A DNA stretch of 54,387 nt from an uncultured Candidatus Saccharibacteria bacterium (GTDB taxonomy: Bacteria; Patescibacteriota; Minisyncoccia; Phycocordibacterales; SBAW01): positions 1-54,387 of the forward strand of contig CAYGHD010000004.1 of NCBI GenBank assembly GCA_964349675.1. The letters run 5' to 3'. Within the stretch, counting starts at the first letter, position 1. Each line of letters starts with the position of its first letter. A program made the position numbers and the translations under genes. The notes under the pieces were generated by a model. It was given only the letters and a program-made list of their open reading frames with translations. It searched no databases and had not been told where the DNA came from. Positions 50,144 to 54,387 of this stretch are shown here, in pieces.

Positions 50144-51154
50144 ATGAAAAAAGGAAAACCTGCCACACCGTTGGTCGGCACCATCTTCTCTAAAATTGCT
50201 CCGCATATAGGCGCGAAGGTATTGCTCGAACCCCAGTGGGGCATCGCGGGACAAATCACATTCCGGAGCGGACGCAAGCGGTACTTTCGATATTCAAGTA
50301 TCGACTTGAACACCCTTGGCGCATCAGAAATTGCAAAGGATAAAGACTATGCCAACTTCTTCATGAAAGGGATGGGCTACAAGACAGTACCCGGCAAAGT
50401 CTTTTTCTCTGATACTTGGGCGAAAGCAATTGAGTCAACCGACAATATTGATGGCGCATACGCATACGCACAGACAATCGGGTTGCCGGTCATTGTAAAG
50501 CCAAACAGCGGCAGCCAAGGCAAAGGTGTTGCGCTGGTACATACAAAACGCGAATTTTACCGAGCGATGCGGCGTATTTTTGCCATTGACCGCGTTGCGT
50601 TGGTACAACAGCCTGTATCGGGCAAAGACTATCGAGTAGTTGTTCTTGATGACAGAATTATTTCCGCGTATGAACGTGTCCCGCTCAACGTCGTCGGAGA
50701 CGGCCGGTCAACAATTAGACAGCTTTTAGCAAAAAAACAGCGAGCGTTTGCTGCAAGCAGCCGTGACACCGTTATCAAGCCAGCCGATTTGCGCATGGGA
50801 GCAAAACTGAAACGGGCGGGATTGACGATGGACACCGTCCCCCACAAAGCGCAGCGGGTATTTCTGCTCGACAACGCCAATCTTTCAACTGGTGGCGATT
50901 CTATCGATGTGACCGCAATGGTACACCCAGATTTCAAAAAAATCGCGGTGCAACTGACCCGCGACATGGGACTCAAACTTTGCGGCGTCGACCTTATGAT
51001 ACAAGGAGATATCTCTTTGCCTCCCAAAGAATGGTGGGTGCTTGAAATAAACTCTGCCCCTGGCCTCGACCATTACGCAAGCAGCGGCAAAGCGCAGCAA
51101 AAAATTGTCGAAGACATGTACTTGGAAGTGCTTAAAAGTATGGAGCACTCGTAG
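50144..51154 (+). CDS. ATP-grasp amino-acid ligase (cyanophycin-synthetase-N-domain / RimK-like)
   Basis: The ORF 50078..51154 is trimmed to M23 (MKKGKPATP...). Conserved blocks are LPVIVKPNSGSQGKGV, DYRVVVLD, NLSTGGDSIDVT, GLKLCGVDLM and VLEINSAPGL. Confidence 0.8.
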   Translation: MKKGKPATPLVGTIFSKIAPHIGAKVLLEPQWGIAGQITFRSGRKRYFRYSSIDLNTLGASEIAKDKDYANFFMKGMGYKTVPGKVFFSDTWAKAIESTDNIDGAYAYAQTIGLPVIVKPNSGSQGKGVALVHTKREFYRAMRRIFAIDRVALVQQPVSGKDYRVVVLDDRIISAYERVPLNVVGDGRSTIRQLLAKKQRAFAASSRDTVIKPADLRMGAKLKRAGLTMDTVPHKAQRVFLLDNANLSTGGDSIDVTAMVHPDFKKIAVQLTRDMGLKLCGVDLMIQGDISLPPKEWWVLEINSAPGLDHYASSGKAQQKIVEDMYLEVLKSMEHS

Positions 51155-51155
51155 C

Positions 51156-51195
51156 CACAACACAACAGCCCCCGAAAGGGAGCTGTTGTGTTGTG
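51156..51195. terminator. Long GC/AC hairpin between convergent genes (CACAACACAACAGC...GCTGTTGTGTTGTG)
   Basis: 14-bp perfect arms plus an inner CCC/GGG pairing. It has no clean U-tract, so a terminator function is inferred from position. Confidence 0.5.
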
Positions 51196-51209
51196 TATAT
51201 TGAGTATTT

Positions 51210-51632
51210 TTATTTCACATCTACCCCCATTGAGCGAGCAGAACCGGCAATAATTTTCATAGCAGCCTCTACATCGTTTGCGTTCAAGTCGGTCATCTTT
51301 TGCTCAGCAATGGCACGGAGCTGGTCTTTAGACAGCGTGCCGATTTTAGCGGTGTTTGGTTTGCCCGACCCCTTCTCTTTACCAAGCGCTTTCATTATGA
51401 GACCAGACGCTGGTGGGGTTTTGAGGATAAAGTCGTATGACCGGTCATCATAAATGGTTATTTCACACGGGATGAGGTTGCCGATCATTGGCTGTGTTGC
51501 GTCGTTGAATTTTTTTACAAATTCACCAATGTTGATGCCTGCTGGGCCGAGCGTGGTACCCAAAGGAGGCGCAGGTGTAGCCTTCCCCGCTGGGGCAATA
51601 ATCTTGATTTTCTTTACTATTTTCTTTGCCAT
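51210..51632 (-). CDS. rplK: 50S ribosomal protein L11
   Basis: 140 aa; PAGKATPAPPLGTTLGPAGINIGEFVKKFN...ITIYDDRSYDF...PPASGLI. Confidence 0.97.
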   Translation of the reverse strand: MAKKIVKKIKIIAPAGKATPAPPLGTTLGPAGINIGEFVKKFNDATQPMIGNLIPCEITIYDDRSYDFILKTPPASGLIMKALGKEKGSGKPNTAKIGTLSKDQLRAIAEQKMTDLNANDVEAAMKIIAGSARSMGVDVK

Positions 51633-51728
51633 AAGCTAGCGAGTGAGCGAAATAAAGCTTGCTTTAATTTCCGAGCGAGCGACGGTTATATGAGAGCGAA
51701 GCTGCTCATATGGTGGGGACACTGTACC

Positions 51729-52298
51729 TTATATACGTTTAATCTGCAAGAAATCCAATTCGACGGGGGTTTCTCGACCGAACATCGAAACGAGGACTTT
51801 TACTTTGCCACGAGACTCATCTACCTCACCCACCTTACCGTCGAGGTCTTTAAATGGGCCGTCAACAATCACCACAGCGTCACCCACAGCAACTTCAATT
51901 GCATGTTTTACAGAACCTTCTTTCTCTTGCATACGGCCAAGGAGCGCATCCACTTCAGTTTGTTTAAGGGGAACTGGGTTTACCCCAGAGCCAACAAATC
52001 CGGTAACGCGAGGAGTGTTGCGGACCACAAACCACGACTGGTCATCCACTATCATCTCTACCAACACATATCCTGGGTACACCTTTTCCTCTTCCTCGAC
52101 ACGACGACCTCCTTTTATTTTGACCGTTCGTTCAGTTGGCACCACCACGCTAAAAATTTTGTCAGAAATACCAAGCGACTCGATACGCTGGCGTAAATTT
52201 CGCGCCACCGCATTTTCATACCCAGCATACGTATGTATCGCATACCATGCTCGCCCGACGCTGGAATCTTGTTTTCCCATAGTTTTTTGGATACCCAT
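51729..52298 (-). CDS. nusG: Transcription termination/antitermination factor NusG
   Basis: 189 aa (alternative start M7 at 52280). The NGN domain is WYAIHTYAGYENAV, and the KOW motif is GDAVVIVDGPFKDLDGKVGEVD. Confidence 0.95.
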   Translation of the reverse strand: MGIQKTMGKQDSSVGRAWYAIHTYAGYENAVARNLRQRIESLGISDKIFSVVVPTERTVKIKGGRRVEEEEKVYPGYVLVEMIVDDQSWFVVRNTPRVTGFVGSGVNPVPLKQTEVDALLGRMQEKEGSVKHAIEVAVGDAVVIVDGPFKDLDGKVGEVDESRGKVKVLVSMFGRETPVELDFLQIKRI

Positions 52299-52301
52299 TA
52301 G

Positions 52302-52472
52302 TTAAATTATCTGCTTTATCGTAAACGAAAAGATGTAGTCCCAAAGCCCCAGATACAGCGCTGTAATAACGGACACTCCGATAACTACCGCAGTATACAT
52401 AACCGCCTGACTCCGCGTGGGCCAGGACACGTGTCGCATCTCCGCACGAACTTCTTTAAAGTAACGCATCAT
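52302..52472 (-). CDS. secE: Preprotein translocase subunit SecE (56 aa; below the ORF-track length cutoff)
   Basis: Hand translation gives MMRYFKEVRAEMRHVSWPTRSQAVMYTAVVIGVSVITALYLGLWDYIFSFTIKQII. It shows the SecE signature and lies directly upstream of nusG. Confidence 0.85.
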   Translation of the reverse strand: MMRYFKEVRAEMRHVSWPTRSQAVMYTAVVIGVSVITALYLGLWDYIFSFTIKQII

Positions 52473-52519
52473 AATATTTTGGCATTTTTAAAAGCCCTTC
52501 CGGGCCTTTGATACTGACC

Positions 52520-52548
52520 AATATACCCCCGGGATTGACCCTTGTCAA
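52520..52548 (-). promoter_or_regulatory. Consensus-like sigma70 promoter TTGACA-17 nt-TATATT for secE-nusG-rplK
   Basis: On the minus strand, TTGACA lies at 52548-52543 and TATATT at 52525-52520, with an exact 17-nt spacer. The element is about 48 nt upstream of the secE ATG. Confidence 0.65.
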
Positions 52549-52550
52549 CA

Positions 52551-52596
52551 ACAAAACCAACCCGATCAGAGGAGCCTCTGGTCGGGTTGGTTTTTT
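52551..52596 (-). terminator. Bidirectional intrinsic terminator after the SIMPL gene
   Basis: 16-bp stem CCAACCCGATCAGAGG/CCTCTGGTCGGGTTGG with one G-U pair, flanked by AAAA and TTTTTT. Confidence 0.8.
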
Positions 52597-52611
52597 AAGA
52601 ATGGACTTGGT

Positions 52612-53409
52612 TTAGCGAATCTCGTAGGTAATAGTTACGTCACTTTGCACCTTGTTTTGACCAACAGAAATTTCTGGAGCCGCAACTTTTGCATCCATTG
52701 CCACAACCCCTCCCCTGCCGTAGGCCATAGGCTGCGGGTAGTTACCGCTCTCGTTGAAAGAGACAACGCGTACAAGGCGGACTCCGAGTTCATCAGCAAG
52801 TTTTTCTGCTTTTTCTTTTGCATCTGCAATTGCTTTTGCACGCGCCTCTTCAGCGGGCATACTAGGATCATCGAATGTGAATGTGAGCCCGCTTACTTCA
52901 GTAGCGCCTTTGCTTCCGACTCCAGCAAGTAATGTCCCTGCTTTTGCGGTATCGCGAACTTTTATAGTCGTTGTTTGACGTACTTCATACCCAGTAAGCA
53001 CCTGCTTGCCGGGCGTACAGTTGCCAACACAGTTACTGACCGTCCACTCATACCGTGGCGCAACCGAGTAGTCGCTGGTTTGTATATCTTTTTCATCAAT
53101 GCCCTGCTCTTTGAGGTATGCGGTCATTGCATTTGCTTTACTGGTTGCCTCAGTTTGAGCATCAGCTACTGTTGGCTTTACAACAACAACACTTGCCGTA
53201 AACAGAGCGATGTCTGGTATGGCAAGTTTTTCTCCATGCCCGGTTACTGAAATGACATTTGTCGCAGGCAATCCTGCCCCAACGTACCGCAACCCCATAA
53301 AACGACTGAGTGATTCAACTGCAAGTAATACTGCAAGCAATATGATTGCGACCAGAATCATCTTTTTAATCAAGGCCCCCGCTGAACCTTCGAAAAGTGT
53401 GTTTGGCAT
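52612..53409 (-). CDS. SIMPL-domain (DUF541) periplasmic/outer-surface protein
   Basis: 265 aa with an N-terminal TM/signal anchor. SIMPL-like segments are ISVTGHGEKLAIPDIALFTASVV, YLKEQGIDEKDIQTSDYSVAPRYE and ADAKEKAEKLADELGV. Confidence 0.8.
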   Translation of the reverse strand: MPNTLFEGSAGALIKKMILVAIILLAVLLAVESLSRFMGLRYVGAGLPATNVISVTGHGEKLAIPDIALFTASVVVVKPTVADAQTEATSKANAMTAYLKEQGIDEKDIQTSDYSVAPRYEWTVSNCVGNCTPGKQVLTGYEVRQTTTIKVRDTAKAGTLLAGVGSKGATEVSGLTFTFDDPSMPAEEARAKAIADAKEKAEKLADELGVRLVRVVSFNESGNYPQPMAYGRGGVVAMDAKVAAPEISVGQNKVQSDVTITYEIR

Positions 53410-53439
53410 ATTATTTTTTGTGACTATAAGTAATCTCCT

Positions 53440-54126
53440 TTATTGTACACTGCGCACCGCTGCCATGATTTGTGCATATGGCAGCGCCCCTGCAAATGAC
53501 GTTGTTTTGCCTGTTTTGGTATTTATCACGACTACAAATGGAGTACCGTTTGCACCATTACTTGTTGCCTCTGACGAGTCGGCGGTAACCTTGTGCTGAT
53601 ACGTTTGTTTAGCTACACATTGCGTATATGCAGCCATATCTGCCCCAAGCGACTGGGCAGTCTGCACGTAATAGGCGCTACTCATGCTCTGCTGATTTGA
53701 AAATATTTGGTCAGCAAATTTCCAAAACCCTTCTTGCCCAAGCTGTGCGCCTACGCACTCAGCAGCGTTTGCAGCCGGCTCAGCTTCCGGATGTATCGAT
53801 GTAAGGGGCAAGTGCCGATAGACCCATGCGATACTCCCGTTTGATTCACCGACGATTTTTCTGAGAGTTGGGTTTATGAGGTTGCAGTATGGGCATTGGA
53901 AGTCAGAGTATTCGACAATCACCACCGGAGCATCTTGTGCGCCGACACGGTAGTCGTCTGCTGTAGGCGGCCGGATGTTGATTGTTGCGGCATTGCCTAG
54001 AGCAGCAAGCGCCTTGCCCGTATCAACCGGTTGTGTACGCGTAAACACAATCGCCCCAGCGATAATAACCCCGGCGATGACAATCGCGAGAGCGGGTGAT
54101 AACTCTATTTTTTTTGTCTCAGTCAT
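53440..54126 (-). CDS. DsbA-family thiol:disulfide oxidoreductase, membrane anchored
   Basis: 228 aa with a TM helix (LSPALAIVIAGVIIAGAIVF). The CxxC active site is YSDFQCPYCNL. It is a paralogue of the 27412..28140 gene. Confidence 0.85.
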   Translation of the reverse strand: MTETKKIELSPALAIVIAGVIIAGAIVFTRTQPVDTGKALAALGNAATINIRPPTADDYRVGAQDAPVVIVEYSDFQCPYCNLINPTLRKIVGESNGSIAWVYRHLPLTSIHPEAEPAANAAECVGAQLGQEGFWKFADQIFSNQQSMSSAYYVQTAQSLGADMAAYTQCVAKQTYQHKVTADSSEATSNGANGTPFVVVINTKTGKTTSFAGALPYAQIMAAVRSVQ

Positions 54127-54181
54127 ATACAGGACAGTATACCACTTCCCCTCTGAAACTCAGCCGAGGCAGCCCGACACC

Positions 54182-54387
54182 CTATTTTGTAGCCTTGAGA
54201 AGGTCTCGGATTTCCTCAAGCAAGCGTTCCTGTGCTGGTTTGGTGTGCTGCGGCGCAACATCCCCTTGACTAAAGAGACGCTTGCGGGCGCTCGAGATAA
54301 TCTTGAACACTAAAAATATAGAGAGTGCGATAACAAAAAAGTTAATGATTGTCTGCATAAACGCACCGTAGTTGAGCAATATAGGGC
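54182..54387 (-). CDS. mscL: Large-conductance mechanosensitive channel MscL, C-terminal part (gene truncated by the window edge)
   Basis: NYGAFMQTIINFFVIALSIFLVFKII...RLLEEIRDLLKATK matches TM2 and the C-terminal helix of MscL. The ORF is open to the window end. Confidence 0.8.
   Translation of the reverse strand, partial: PILLNYGAFMQTIINFFVIALSIFLVFKIISSARKRLFSQGDVAPQHTKPAQERLLEEIRDLLKATK

Noticed and set aside
51633-51728. The nusG-rplK intergenic hairpin (TATGAGAGC-gaa-GCTgCTCATA), considered as an L1-binding autoregulatory leader.
   Set aside because: No rplA is present locally, and I could not recognise the L1-binding mimic. It is a simple short hairpin and there is insufficient evidence to call it a regulatory element.
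52434-52446. 11-nt match (tcgcatctccg) to the REP core inside secE.
   Set aside because: It lies within a well-conserved coding segment (EVRAEMRH) and has no flanking hairpin arms. It is most likely chance similarity.
1-54387. Possibility of an alternative genetic code (UGA recoding, as in some CPR lineages).
   Set aside because: All conserved genes translate full-length with the standard code. TGA also appears as a stop, for example at overlapping ATGA junctions. There is no evidence for recoding.

Overview
This 54.4-kb window is gene-dense (about 55 protein genes, most on the minus strand) and contains no rRNA, tRNA or CRISPR. All calls rest on motif recognition by eye; no database search was run. 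The gene content looks like a small-genome Patescibacteria/CPR (Parcubacteria-like) bacterium. Housekeeping genes include rplL, rplJ, rplK, nusG, secE, rpsF-ssb-rpsR, efp, recA, recO, ftsK, metG, glyQS, ileS, argS, glyA, tatD and a partial mscL. A type IV pilus-like operon carries pilB, pilC, several pseudopilins and a major pilin. Cell-envelope genes include an O-antigen-ligase/TPR protein, a roughly 1155-aa surface protein, a secreted serine-hydrolase/lamin-tail-domain fusion, two DsbA-like proteins and a SIMPL protein. A compact thymidylate/folate island holds glyA, tmk, dCMP deaminase, a thyA-like gene, a dcd/dut-like gene, folA, a cofE-like gene and an ATP-grasp gene. The most interesting observations are: (1) IleRS carries an in-frame insertion of about 195 aa with all three histidine-phosphatase (PGAM-like) motifs. 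(2) The ThyA homologue has Asp at the position equivalent to E. coli Asn177, the pyrimidine-specificity residue. It sits beside a Dcd-family protein that lacks the deaminase Glu, and beside a CofE-like ligase plus an ATP-grasp gene fused to the folA operon. (3) An IS200-like Y1/RAYT transposase is bracketed by perfect 34-bp inverted REP-like hairpin repeats, with another REP copy 28 kb away. (4) A promoter, 24-codon leader ORF and terminator with mutually exclusive helices lie upstream of a GC-rich HAD + circularly-permuted-ATP-grasp operon. (5) A purine-rich non-coding spacer of about 90 nt is bounded by terminators, and an orphan promoter-terminator unit lies near the left edge. (6) The -10 box sits 6-9 nt upstream of the start codon at several genes, suggesting leaderless mRNAs. 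(7) Ribosomal-protein synteny breaks (no rplA after rplK, no rplI after rpsR) fit what I recall of CPR ribosomes.
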